NCBI GenBank assembly: GCA_965222225.1
Contig: CBDCTK010000002.1
Coordinates: 2,272,001-2,336,000 of the forward strand
Length of the DNA stretch: 64,000 bases
Origin: Candidatus Poribacteria bacterium
Lineage (GTDB): Bacteria > Poribacteria > WGA-4E > JAJDTR01
Direction of reading: 5' to 3'
Position 1 is the stretch's first letter, and the number at the start of each line of letters is the position of its first letter. The translations under genes were made by a program, and so were the position numbers. Shown here in pieces: positions 1 through 9,543 of this stretch. The notes below the pieces were generated by a model. It was not told the DNA's origin, made no database searches, and saw nothing but the letters and a program-made list of their open reading frames with translations.

Positions 1-628
1 CGATGTCACCGTGATAGAAGGCCTCCTTTCCACCTTCAATCACCCGTCGGAAGGTGCGTGCAAGATCCTTTTGCACCATGACTTCACCGGGTAGCGGCGT
101 TCGTCCGCGAGCCATAATCACCTTTCTAGCGGTCGGCGCGAAATTGGGCGCGGCTCCCGCCATGAAGTCCGCGTTCTTGACCGTAACGGCGTAGCCGTTC
201 TCGGCAAGTTCAATCGCGGGCTTGAAAATGCCGGCGAGATCCATGTCTCCGTATCGTTCCAGCAGCGCCAGCCATCCGCCGCACGCCCCGGGCACCATAC
301 CCGACCTGATGCCAACCTGATTCGCCCGTGGCGTCGAGTAGGCCTCAAGTACCGCCCCATACGGACTCATGCCCATATAGTCCAGCACGCGCCGCGTCTT
401 CTCTTTGGCGCTATACATGATTAGGTAACCGTTGCCCGCCATGCCGGACATGTACGGTTCAACCACGTTCAGGGTCGATGCAACGGCGACCATGGCATCG
501 AAAGCGTTGCCGCCCTGAAGAAGGATACGCGCTCCTGCTAGGCTTGCCAGCGGATGGGCACTGGTGACCATACCTCTTGTGCCTGTCACTGTTGGACGAT
601 GCGTGAGACCGTGTGACGGAAATGCCAT
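1..628 (-). CDS. ggt: Gamma-glutamyltransferase, N-terminal part (runs off the window)
   Basis: Manual translation from ATG at 628 (GGAGAGG upstream): MAFPSHGLTHRPTVTGTRGMVTSAHPLASLAGARILLQGGNAFDAMVAVASTLNVVEPYMSGMAGNGY, the canonical GGT N-terminus. Confidence 0.92.
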   Translation of the reverse strand, partial: MAFPSHGLTHRPTVTGTRGMVTSAHPLASLAGARILLQGGNAFDAMVAVASTLNVVEPYMSGMAGNGYLIMYSAKEKTRRVLDYMGMSPYGAVLEAYSTPRANQVGIRSGMVPGACGGWLALLERYGDMDLAGIFKPAIELAENGYAVTVKNADFMAGAAPNFAPTARKVIMARGRTPLPGEVMVQKDLARTFRRVIEGGKEAFYHGDI

Positions 629-1094
629 ATTCTGTAACCTCTCCTTCAGTGTTTCCCGATTAAAGCCCGGTACCAAGTCCACAAATCCGGCGTTAGCCTT
701 AAATATAGGGGACATCGATGACTTGGAATAACTCAAGATGCCGTAATATACAAGTATCACGTCGCAAACCTCCTGTCAAGCACGAAAACTTTCGAGGAAA
801 GGTGGAAGCAGGGAAGATTAGAAGGATGTGAAACATGATGCGTGAAATCACCGGACAATGAATGGGGGTGCAAAGGAAATACGGAAAACTGATGATTTGA
901 TAATCGTCGATTCCCCAAGGATCGACGAAGATTCCACGCACGGATCTGGGATTTGAAATTGAGAAGTCAATTTGCTTATGCTATAATGGCACACGCCATT
1001 TTCAGGTGCCATCCGCGCGTAAATTCAAAATACGGTACAAACGTCTTTTTCACCAGCATTAGGATATTTCAAACAATCAAGGAAACAGAACTCC

Positions 1095-3128
1095 ATGAAA
1101 ACGAAAACGGTTCAATTCACTATTGTAATCTCTATCGTTCTCGCTTTTGTAATGGCGGCGGCTCTTCCTCAGGTTTCGCATTCGCAAGGGTATTCAATAC
1201 GGATAGCTCTCCCGGAAGCGTCCGAATCCACCGTGGACTATATCTTTGAGGCAATCGGGGTTCCCGGTGTTGAGTTTCTGGAAGTGACTGCCAGCAATGA
1301 CCTCGGGCATTACGCCGGGAACACTCGCAGCCCTGATGGAGAGAAAACCATCGGTTTTACACTGATTAACGGGATTTACTCGACTTACGATTTCCCCGAC
1401 TCCAACAATACGTATCTATATGGGCTCAACAATAGGGGTCAAGCCGTGGGATTCTACGAGGAATCGGACGAGGTGGCTCACGGTTTAATCGTGGCGGATG
1501 GCGAAATGACCCAATTCGATTTCCCGGGGGCATCGGAAACCTATATCTTTGGGATTAGCGAAATTGGGCAACTCGCCGGGAACATCGCCGATGCCTCCGG
1601 TGTCATTCACGGGTTCGTGGACGATGCGCAGCTAGATTTTCCCGGTGCAGCGAGGACGTATGCCGATCATATTAACTCCGCAGGGGTTTCCGTCGGGAGT
1701 TACGTAGATGCCGATGGAATACATCACGGTTACAAGCGCGATGCCGGCGGCAACTTTACCACTTTGGAGTATCACGGCACTCCATCCAATCTAGAATATC
1801 TTTACGTGAACGCCATCAACGATGCCGGTGTTATCGTGTACAGAGCCAAAGAGATTGGCGATGTCGATCGTTCTTATGTGATTCTGCCGGGGGGTACGCC
1901 GAAGGAGTTGCGAGCGCCCGGAGGTGTCAATACCGTTGGACGCGACGTTAACGCGAAGGGACAAGTTGTCGGTTACTATGATATGCCAGACGGGGAAAGA
2001 CGCGGATTTATCGCCAAGCCCGCGACTATGGGTTATGTGTTCGAGACAATCAAGGTCCCCGGCGTGGATTTTCTGGAGTTGACCTCAACAAATGATCTTG
2101 GGGATTACGCCGGCAACACTCGCGCCTCTGATGAAGCGAAGGTTGTCGGGTTTACGCTGATCGATGGCGTGTTTTCCACTTACGATGTCCCAGACTCCCT
2201 CTCCATAGGCTTCTACGGTCTCAACAACGCTGGGCAGACCGTGGGCTTCTTTCAAGACATGAGCGAGGTCGCCCACGGTGTGGTCCTGCAAGATGGCGAA
2301 TTGACGCAATTCGATTTTCCGGGAGCAGCCGAAACGGAAATCTTCGGTGTTAGCGAGGCGGGTCAACTGATTGGCGACATATCTGATGCGGCTGGCGCCA
2401 TCCACGGATTCGTGGGAGATGAACAGTTTGATGTGCCCGGAGCCATGACAACCTATGCCGACGATATGAATGCTGCGGATATCCTAGTTGGCAGCTACGT
2501 TGACGCGGACGGGATATATCACGGCTACATGCGCGACGCCGATGGTAGCTTTACCACTTTCGACACCACCGGTAACTTGTCGAACCTCTAGTATCTCTTC
2601 GTGAACGCCATCAGCGACGCTGGCGTCATCCTGTTCAGAGCCAAAGAGGTAAACGATGTCGAACGCTCTTATGTCCTCAGGCCGAACAGCGAGCCTACGG
2701 AATTGCGAGTCCCCGGCAGTGTCACCACCGTCGCGCGCGACATCGATACCGAGGGGGGTATAGTCGGTTACTATGACACTATGGACGGCAGCAGACACGG
2801 TTTCATTGCCAAACCCGCTCTGAGCGAGAGTGGGCAGAATGTCACCGGCATCTTCTTTACTACTCTCTCCAAAGGCTTGAACATGCTCTCAGTGCCCTTA
2901 CAGCCGCTTAGACCGATAAGGGCGCGCTGCCTATTGGGATGGCCGCAACAGTCAGGGAGAACGGGTTTCAAGCGGCGTCTATTTTTACCAACTGTCCACG
3001 CCATCTTTCCATCAGATGAAGCGGATGGTAATAATGAAATAGTATCTTTGCAAAGCAGGGAGAATCGGTTATTTGATGAATCGCCGATGAATTCGTATGA
3101 GCGGATTAGACTACGAACAAATCAGTAA
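1095..3128 (+). pseudogene. Secreted protein with two tandem ~260-aa beta-repeat (HAF-like) modules; in-frame TAG at 2589-2591 and apparent C-terminal truncation near 2925
   Basis: Signal peptide; internal duplication (YIFEAIGVPGVEFLEVT / YVFETIKVPGVDFLELT). Module 1 reads NLEYLYVNA, module 2 reads NL*YLFVNA. ORF 2601..3128 is the same frame and loses recognisable similarity after GLNMLSVPLQP. Confidence 0.8.
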
Positions 3129-4362
3129 TACTACAGAGATTAACAAACGCAGCGTCTCGGTATCTCGATTGCCAAAAGGCATTGTTCTGCGCGAGCGGTT
3201 GGGCATTGTTGCAAGTGAACACCTTGATGGTCAGATTGTGCACCGCGCCCGAGATCCCGAAGGCGGCTTATTTGAATGCCGGGCGACGATCGCGCCCAAT
3301 GGGGATTTTCTCCTGATGTTTCCCGATGGCGGTCACTACGGTGGGCAATCTGAAAAGGTCAACGATATGCTCGCCTACCGATCGTCCGACGGTGGGGCGA
3401 CTTGGCAAGGCCCCCACGTCGCCTTCGATATCGACTACAATCAGCACGGGTTTATCCCCCTCACTCCCCGCGGCACAGAACGGATTTATGCCTTCGGCAC
3501 GCAACCCGTCTGGGATAACGAGCGTATAAACGGCTTAAAAAAAGCCGATGGTCTGCACGAAAACGCGCCCATCGGCTTTCGATATTCGGATGATGACGGA
3601 CACACCTGGTCCGACCTCACGCTAATTGCTCCCACCAATGATCCCGGTTTCCGCGGGATGTCCGTTATGCGCATGTGCGAAACCGATGCCGGTACTTGGC
3701 TGCTCGGCTCACACGAAGCCGATTGGTCTTACAAACCGTTGATGACGCGGCAGTACATTTTGCGTTCCGAGGATGGCGGACAGACCTGGAACGTTGCTCC
3801 CTACAAACGCCGCGGCGGCTGGTGCGTCCCCCAATTCAATCGTATGGACGAGGGTCGGCCCATCAGCCTCGGAAACGGTCACGTTTTTCTGATGACTCGC
3901 ACCTGTGAAGGTCATCTCTGGGGGCTATGGAGCGAGGACGACGGTAGAACTTGGACTCACCCACAGCCGACGCCGCTCGTGCATCCCGACGCGCCACCGA
4001 TGCTGTTTCACTTGTCCGATGGCAAAACCCTCGTCGCTTTCCACCACAACCGATACAGCGATTTCAACTACACCGGTCTCAGCAGCGAAAAATCCGAGGT
4101 CATGAAAGATCGTTCGGAAATTTGGTTGGCAACGTCTACCGATGGCGGACACACGTGGAGTGAGCCGCGCTTTGTATTTGCCAACGCCTTGAGCGAAGCC
4201 TTCGCAAGACCGTTCCGAAACTTCCAGTGCTCCTACATGGATTGTGTCGTCAGCAACGGCATGCTGAACCTGTTTGTCCCTCACCGCTGGCAACGTGTTC
4301 TCCATCTTACCATTAAGGAAAGCCAGATTCAAAATCTGCTCACCGAGAGTGATTTGCGATAG
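3097..4362 (+). CDS. Sialidase/BNR (Asp-box) repeat protein
   Basis: Five Asp-boxes: SSDGGATW, SDDDGHTW, SEDGGQTW, SEDDGRTW, STDGGHTW. Confidence 0.85.
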   Translation: MSGLDYEQISNTTEINKRSVSVSRLPKGIVLRERLGIVASEHLDGQIVHRARDPEGGLFECRATIAPNGDFLLMFPDGGHYGGQSEKVNDMLAYRSSDGGATWQGPHVAFDIDYNQHGFIPLTPRGTERIYAFGTQPVWDNERINGLKKADGLHENAPIGFRYSDDDGHTWSDLTLIAPTNDPGFRGMSVMRMCETDAGTWLLGSHEADWSYKPLMTRQYILRSEDGGQTWNVAPYKRRGGWCVPQFNRMDEGRPISLGNGHVFLMTRTCEGHLWGLWSEDDGRTWTHPQPTPLVHPDAPPMLFHLSDGKTLVAFHHNRYSDFNYTGLSSEKSEVMKDRSEIWLATSTDGGHTWSEPRFVFANALSEAFARPFRNFQCSYMDCVVSNGMLNLFVPHRWQRVLHLTIKESQIQNLLTESDLR

Positions 4363-4391
4363 AGCAATCCATCAAGCGCGTGAATAACAAA

Positions 4392-4480
4392 GGGATTCTC
4401 TATCGCCCTAGGACTTCTATCGCACTGGGATTTCTACCGTCCTCGCTACTCACTCCGTTGATCTATTCGCTCGTTTGATC
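4392..4480 (-). repeat. Stack of partial or nested 37-nt hairpin elements
   Basis: Three GGGAT..CTATCGC starts and two ..TTGATC ends matching consensus GGGATCTCTATCGCNCTCNCTATYCGNTCGNTTGATC. Confidence 0.7.
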
Positions 4481-4534
4481 TCATCAGATTGTCGAGCCCT
4501 ACTTCGCCATCCACCTGCCGCAACCAGAGGATAT

Positions 4535-4940
4535 ATGTCTTTTGAACTGTACTTTTTAGTCTCATTCGTTACGGCAGGATCCGTCTCGTTTTGCGTTGTG
4601 AGTGTGTGCGAAGCGCCACTATCCATCCTCATGCGGCGCATCATTCAGAACGAAACCAGTCGCACGTTTACAAGGTATGTGAGATATGCGACCTATCTGG
4701 TTGGCATCTCACACGGCGTGACAGTAGATCCGCTAGGATTTGAACTCAGGGCACACATCTTTAAGCATGATTTCATTCACCATGTTTCCAATTACCCAGA
4801 GTGGTGGGTGTGGCTGATATGGATACTGACAATCATCATGCAATCCCTTACCGCAATAGCTTCTATAGTATTTAGTGTATTTAGTGTTTTTCATATTCGG
4901 CTTAATTGCATACATCACCGTTAAAGTGGGAGAAAAGTGA
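4535..4940 (+). pseudogene. Small 3-TM membrane protein, paralog 1, frameshifted by a 10-bp duplication
   Basis: MSFELYFLVSFVTAG... Removing GTATTTAGTG (4868-4877) restores ASIYLVFFIFGLIAYITVKVGEK*, colinear with paralog 2. Confidence 0.7.
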
Positions 4941-5460
4941 CACTTGAAATTAGGAGGAACAATGTTTTTTGAACTGGATTTCATAGTCTCGGTCATCGTA
5001 GCGGCAATCGTTTCTTTTGGCGTTATGATGGTGTTTGCACGCTTGATTTCTACCATCTTTGGGGACATCTTTCAGGACAAATTCCGCATAAACAGTGCGT
5101 TTATCAAGTACGTCAAATATGCCACCTTTTTGGTTGGTGTTTCGAGAGGCGCAATAGCATATCAGTTACGATTTAATATATGGTCACACTACGACACAAT
5201 TAAAGAGATTGCCCCGAACCTTGATTTTGATCGGGTTGCATTGCTGACTGCAACATACGTAACCATCATCGAAACGCTCCGAGCGCTTGCTTATATGTAT
5301 TTGGCGCTATTCTTAATAATCCTTATGGGACTTAGTAGTTAACTGCTTTTTGGTCGATTTGCTTGCTTTTCTCTTCTTAATGTACAATCATTTTAGACAG
5401 TGTTCGGAATCTTGATTCACACTAAAATACATCTCTATAAGAGAGAAATGGAGGCATATC

Positions 5461-5583
5461 ATGTTGACCAAGCGTTTGTACATGCTCGCGGGAGCATTGC
5501 GGGTTATCTGCGGGATTTTAATTTCCAACACTATGGGATTTTCAGCACACCATGATGTTGTCGTTGACAGAATATACCGATAG
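5461..5583 (+). CDS. Putative 40-aa passenger peptide inside the IS, convergent with the transposase
   Basis: GGAGG RBS; MLTKRLYMLAGALRVICGILISNTMGFSAHHDVVVDRIYR*; TTGCTT..TACAAT upstream; also present in copy 2 (22623..22745, minus strand). Confidence 0.4.
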   Translation: MLTKRLYMLAGALRVICGILISNTMGFSAHHDVVVDRIYR

Positions 5584-5601
5584 CCAAACAATTCATGTGG
5601 C

Positions 5602-6456
5602 TCAGGTGAAGCATTCATCAAAAAATCTTATGAAAATCTCATCATCTTTTCTGCGATTATATTTCCAGCAAGACTCCATGATATACAGTGGCAGCCACTT
5701 CTTGCTGTAGTGATGATGCGTTCCGTAGAATGACCTCTTGACACAAGCCCAAAACGACTCGATGGTGTTGGTGTGAGTTACGCCGTCCTCAGAAACATAT
5801 CTCTCTTGGTGATGGATAACATGTCTTTCGATATCTTCGTCCAGACTATTGTAAGAGCGAAATTCATCAGTCATAAGAATAGACTCATCGGGTGAGACAT
5901 TGCTAAGGATGAATTCTCTGATATTTTCACCAGATAGAACCTTCATGAATTTAGCAACCACCCGACCGCCTCTCTCGACTACGCCGATGACGGGAGATTT
6001 ATTTGTGCCTCTACCTCTCTTAGATTTTGCTCTGGGTTTGCCGCCGACATAGGTTTCGTCCGCTTCAACTATCCCTTTCAGCAATTCATCACTATCACTC
6101 ATTTTCTCACGGAGGCGCATTGCCATATACCAAGCGGACTTTTGATTCATGTCCAAGTCACGAGCAAGCTGACAACTCGATATGCTTTTCTTGGCATTGG
6201 AAAGAATTGAGATAGCCAAAAACCATTTCTGGAGAGGTATCTTGGTACCATGGAAGATGGTTCCTGCTGTAGCCGAAAAGCTAGATTCACAATCGTAGCA
6301 ATTCCAACCAGTAGTAATGTCGTTTTTGTTCTTGCGTCCAACTTTTTCACTGCCACAGTGGATACAGCAAACACCGTCCTTCCAACGTTTTTCCTCTATA
6401 AATCTGAGACAAGATTCTTGATTTGGAAACTCTTTCATAAGATTCAAAATGTCCAT
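5602..6456 (-). CDS. IS1595-family DDE transposase (ISXO2-like)
   Basis: N-terminal Zn ribbon (CIHC..CYDC), VEADETYVGG, MTDE, HTNTIESFW motifs. Confidence 0.95.
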   Translation of the reverse strand: MDILNLMKEFPNQESCLRFIEEKRWKDGVCCIHCGSEKVGRKNKNDITTGWNCYDCESSFSATAGTIFHGTKIPLQKWFLAISILSNAKKSISSCQLARDLDMNQKSAWYMAMRLREKMSDSDELLKGIVEADETYVGGKPRAKSKRGRGTNKSPVIGVVERGGRVVAKFMKVLSGENIREFILSNVSPDESILMTDEFRSYNSLDEDIERHVIHHQERYVSEDGVTHTNTIESFWACVKRSFYGTHHHYSKKWLPLYIMESCWKYNRRKDDEIFIRFFDECFT

Positions 6457-6665
6457 AGCAAACTCCTACGAGAAGAATAGTCACTATGGACATCTACGTG
6501 TGACGAAAAGATTTACGACAGGGTACCAAGTTTTATGTTTGTCGTCAGTCTAAAAGCTACAAGCTACTAATTCCGATCCTTATTGCATACATCATCGTTA
6601 CGGCGCGAGAGAAGAGTGACACCTGAGATTAGGACAATTCATGTTTAGCTCGACTTAGTAAAGTT

Positions 6666-6686
6666 GTAGGGTGGGCACCGCCCACC
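6666..6686 (+). repeat. GTAG-type REP palindrome
   Basis: GTAG-GGTGGGC-ACC-GCCCACC; relatives at 32098 and 55899. Confidence 0.7.
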
Positions 6687-6702
6687 ATCTCTTGTAGGGT
6701 GC

Positions 6703-6810
6703 GATAAAGAGAATGAATAATGAGAGCGATAGCGATCTTACCAGCCTTTGAAAGCACTAGCGCGATCAAGGGAGATCAAACGAATGAACAGCGAGTGGGA
6801 AAGAAATCTC
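6703..6810 (+). repeat. Two degenerate 37-nt hairpin elements (6703-6739, 6774-6810); the first replaces the centre of a REP
   Basis: GTAGGGTGC|37-mer|ACCAGCCTTTGAAA versus intact GTAGGGTGCGCACCGCGCACCAGCCTTTGAAA at 55899. Confidence 0.65.
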
Positions 6811-6833
6811 TGAAAAGCGTCGATAACCGCGTG

Positions 6834-8803
6834 TCATGGATAGAATTGGTAGGTCTCCACATTCAGCACGATGCTCAGGATACTCCAGATACTGCCCATG
6901 AGAAAGTCGCCCAAGACAAGCCCCAAGAAAAACGGGACCGCGCGGCGGTAACTTCGTATGCCGCCGTTTTTGAGGATGAGCCACTTTGCCACCGTGCACA
7001 CGATGAGCGGCACCAAGAGATCTCCCGGCAACTCTCCGCCGCCAGCTATCAAAAATCCCAGCGGGTGTAAAGGCATCCAAAAGACTCTGGAGCGCAAATA
7101 GGCGAGAAGCATCATCGCCGAGAAACCCGCACCCATGAACGTTACGCCCAGCCAGTCGGTGTTCGTGGGATAGTAGATCCAATCCTTCAACCACCCGTAC
7201 CACCGTCTTCCGTGCCCCAGTGCCCAGGGCCCGAAATAGCCCGAAGCCGCGCCATGATTATAGTACATGTGGAGTTGAATCCAGAAGGAGACAAGCACGC
7301 CAACGCCGGTGGCAATGAGAATCGCGGCAAACATCTTTCGATGAGAGAGATTGGCTTGATCCGCGATTTTGAATCCTTCTAATTGGTGAGGCATCTGCTG
7401 CGGGCGGTACTCGCTGTTGAAAAAGCACACGGTCAGCGATGTCAGGTTCTGGGGTCCCAGCCGTCGAGTGCCCAGCCATTGGCTGAGCATCGCGCGCGGT
7501 GCGTACCCGTAACAGGCGAACACCCCCGCCTCCGCGCGAAGCCGGGTCATTACGGTTGGCGCAATCAGGAAGAGCAGCCCGAACGTGGAAGCCACCCAGA
7601 ACGTCATACCCGCCCGTCGGAGCAGGATAGTCAGCACGATAAGCCCCACAACCAGCCCCCACACCGCGGCGCGATACGGAAGCGGCTCCTCCGAATCATC
7701 AACATCGATTCGCCAGCCCAACGCGCGCTTTACCACACGTATGAAGTGCCCCTTCCCGGTCCAAAAAACGAAAACGCAAAGCCCCAAGAAGCCGCCGAGA
7801 ATCTGCTCACGATGGAAAGGGAATCGCGGCAAAGCATCCCACCCCATAATGTCGCCCAGCGTAAGTTGAACCCGGTACAAGCCGCAAAAGAAAGTGGTGG
7901 AAAGAAGCATATCCAGAGGCATCAGGAATAGAATTCCGACCGCGTAGGGGTAAAGCGAGAGACGAATCAAATCACTGTCATCCGCGAAGAAACTCAAAGG
8001 ACCTTCGGTGACGGTGTAGTATGTACGTTTGACCGGGACAAATGGAACCTGCGGGAAGTGCGTATGCAGCCCGTTAAGCAGACCGATGCCCGCGGCGATG
8101 CCGAGACCTAACCACATCCCCCTATTTTGGAAAAACCCGCCTTTGGGTTTCGTCATTTCCAACGCGAGTTGGGCGATTGGGTAGGTTAACCGTTCGTGCT
8201 CCGTCCATTGGCGCCGCAGGATGGTGTTCAGGCACAGGAAATTGAACGCCAAAACCAGAAAAACCAACAACCACGCGAGCACTACCGGAGCCCACACCCT
8301 CAGATGGTGCTCCAGATAGAGGGTGGACTCACCCTCGTAGAAATCGCGCAAAGCCAGTTCGTCCGAGACGGTGAGCCATCGGGGGATATGCCGGATAAAC
8401 AGTTCCTGGAACTCATTTTCGGGCGTGGCAAACCAGAAGGCGTATCCCAAGATCGACAGTATCGCTTGCAGAATATCCCCGGCGGACATCGTTGTCGTAA
8501 TGCTCAACATCACGTAAAGCATCAAGAGCTCGCCGTGTCGAAGCGCGATGCTCGGGAGGAGTAGGCGAATCAAGGAATTGATTATCATCACCGCCGTCAA
8601 GATGAAGATGACGTTGGACAGCGGCACTATCCAAGTGGGAAAGGTATAACGCACCAGTTCCATCTGCAGCAGAAAATAGCAGTTGACGGGAACCAGGATT
8701 AGCGTGATGAGTAGTAGCCGCGGCGTAAGACCGGGGTTCTTCTGTTGTGGGATCTCTATCGCCCTCCCTATTCGGCCGGTTGATGGTTGAGATTATCGGA
8801 CAT
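6834..8803 (-). pseudogene. DUF6785/DUF6784-type multi-TM putative peptide transporter; first 35 codons disconnected by a 35-nt insertion (remaining ORF 6834..8663, 609 aa)
   Basis: RRQWTEHERLTYP, RLRAEAG, WMPLHPLG and PFFLGLVLGD motifs. Deleting 8750-8784 yields MSDNLNPQQKNPGLTPRLLLITLILVPVNCYFLLQ-MELVRY in frame. Confidence 0.75.
8749..8784 (-). repeat. 37-nt hairpin element inserted in a coding sequence
   Basis: GGGATCTCTATCGCCCTCCCTATTCGGCCGGTTGAT; no flanking duplication. Confidence 0.85.
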
Positions 8804-9122
8804 ATCTTTCAAAAACAGTGTCCAGTGGAGAGTCAAAAGTGTTTCAACTCGCCGCTGACCACTACTTTTCCGACAAGATTTCCTGGAGTAGGAGCGATCT
8901 CCCGGTCGCGACATCCTGTCGCAAGCAAAATTTGCCTCGGCAGAAGACGAGAAATAATTCGCGCTACTACACACGAATTGTGCAAGTTCCAAATGTATTA
9001 TTCTTGGTTGAATTGACTATAAAAGCCTTTCAACCTTCACTAACCACACTTTTGCGGCAGAATCTCCTTGAGAGAGTAAAACGTGAATAACAAAGGGACA
9101 AGGATCGGTGGGCAGTATGGAG

Positions 9123-9351
9123 GGGATTTCTATGGCAATTCTATCACATTCATTGTCCGTTCGCTTAATCCTTCGCGATTCGCTCAACTGATCGGTGCAA
9201 AGAGTATATTCAACCACCAAATCCAAGACACTCTTTGCTTTGCAGAGGTGTTCGTAGGGATTTGTCCAATCCTAGCACGTCTGTACGTTGTGATGAAGGG
9301 GTTGCATAACAACGAAGAATCTCTATCGCAGTCGATATTTGCTCCCTTGAT
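9123..9351 (-). repeat. Degenerate 37-nt hairpin elements (9123-9193 stack; 9317-9351)
   Basis: Partial matches to the consensus, ending TTAATC, CTGATC and TTGAT. Confidence 0.55.
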
Positions 9352-9444
9352 GGCAGCCAATAACTTTCCTTTATAATTACTATCTCATAGAATCCGTATT
9401 CCTTAGTCAAAAACAAACAGTAAAACAGAGTTAAGCGCCCGTGG

Positions 9445-9484
9445 CGGATTGTAGGGAACGCAGATCTGCGTTCCCTACAATCCG
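9445..9484. repeat. Perfect 40-bp palindrome (GTAG-REP-like; possible terminator of the giant gene)
   Basis: CGGATTGTAGGGAACGCAGA|TCTGCGTTCCCTACAATCCG, about 60 bp downstream of the stop at 9544. Confidence 0.75.
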
Positions 9485-9543
9485 AAATCTGTCGCAGATA
9501 AACGTAGACTTCTTCCTAGTCACTAATCACTAGCCACTGCTTC

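Larger units (their letters stand above)
5327..6575 (-). mobile_element. IS1595-family insertion sequence, 1249 bp, copy 1
   Basis: Imperfect terminal IRs GGGACTTAGTAG / CGGAATTAGTAG; 8-bp TSD ATCCTTAT at 5319-5326 and 6576-6583; near-identical copy at 21631. Confidence 0.95.
4962..6626 (+). pseudogene. Small 3-TM membrane protein, paralog 2, interrupted by IS1595
   Basis: AGGAGG RBS, MFFELDFIVSVIVAA... Excising 5327-6575 and one TSD rejoins ...LFLIILIAYIIVTAREKSDT*. Confidence 0.75.

Noticed and set aside
2589-2591. TAG readthrough (pyrrolysine or recoded amber)
   Set aside because: TAG ends intact genes elsewhere (4362, 44827, 45650), no pyl genes are visible, and the gene is also truncated.
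5388-5621. 77-aa ORF overlapping the transposase end (and 22585..22887 in copy 2)
   Set aside because: Length differs between copies, there is no RBS, and it is antisense to a better-supported small ORF.
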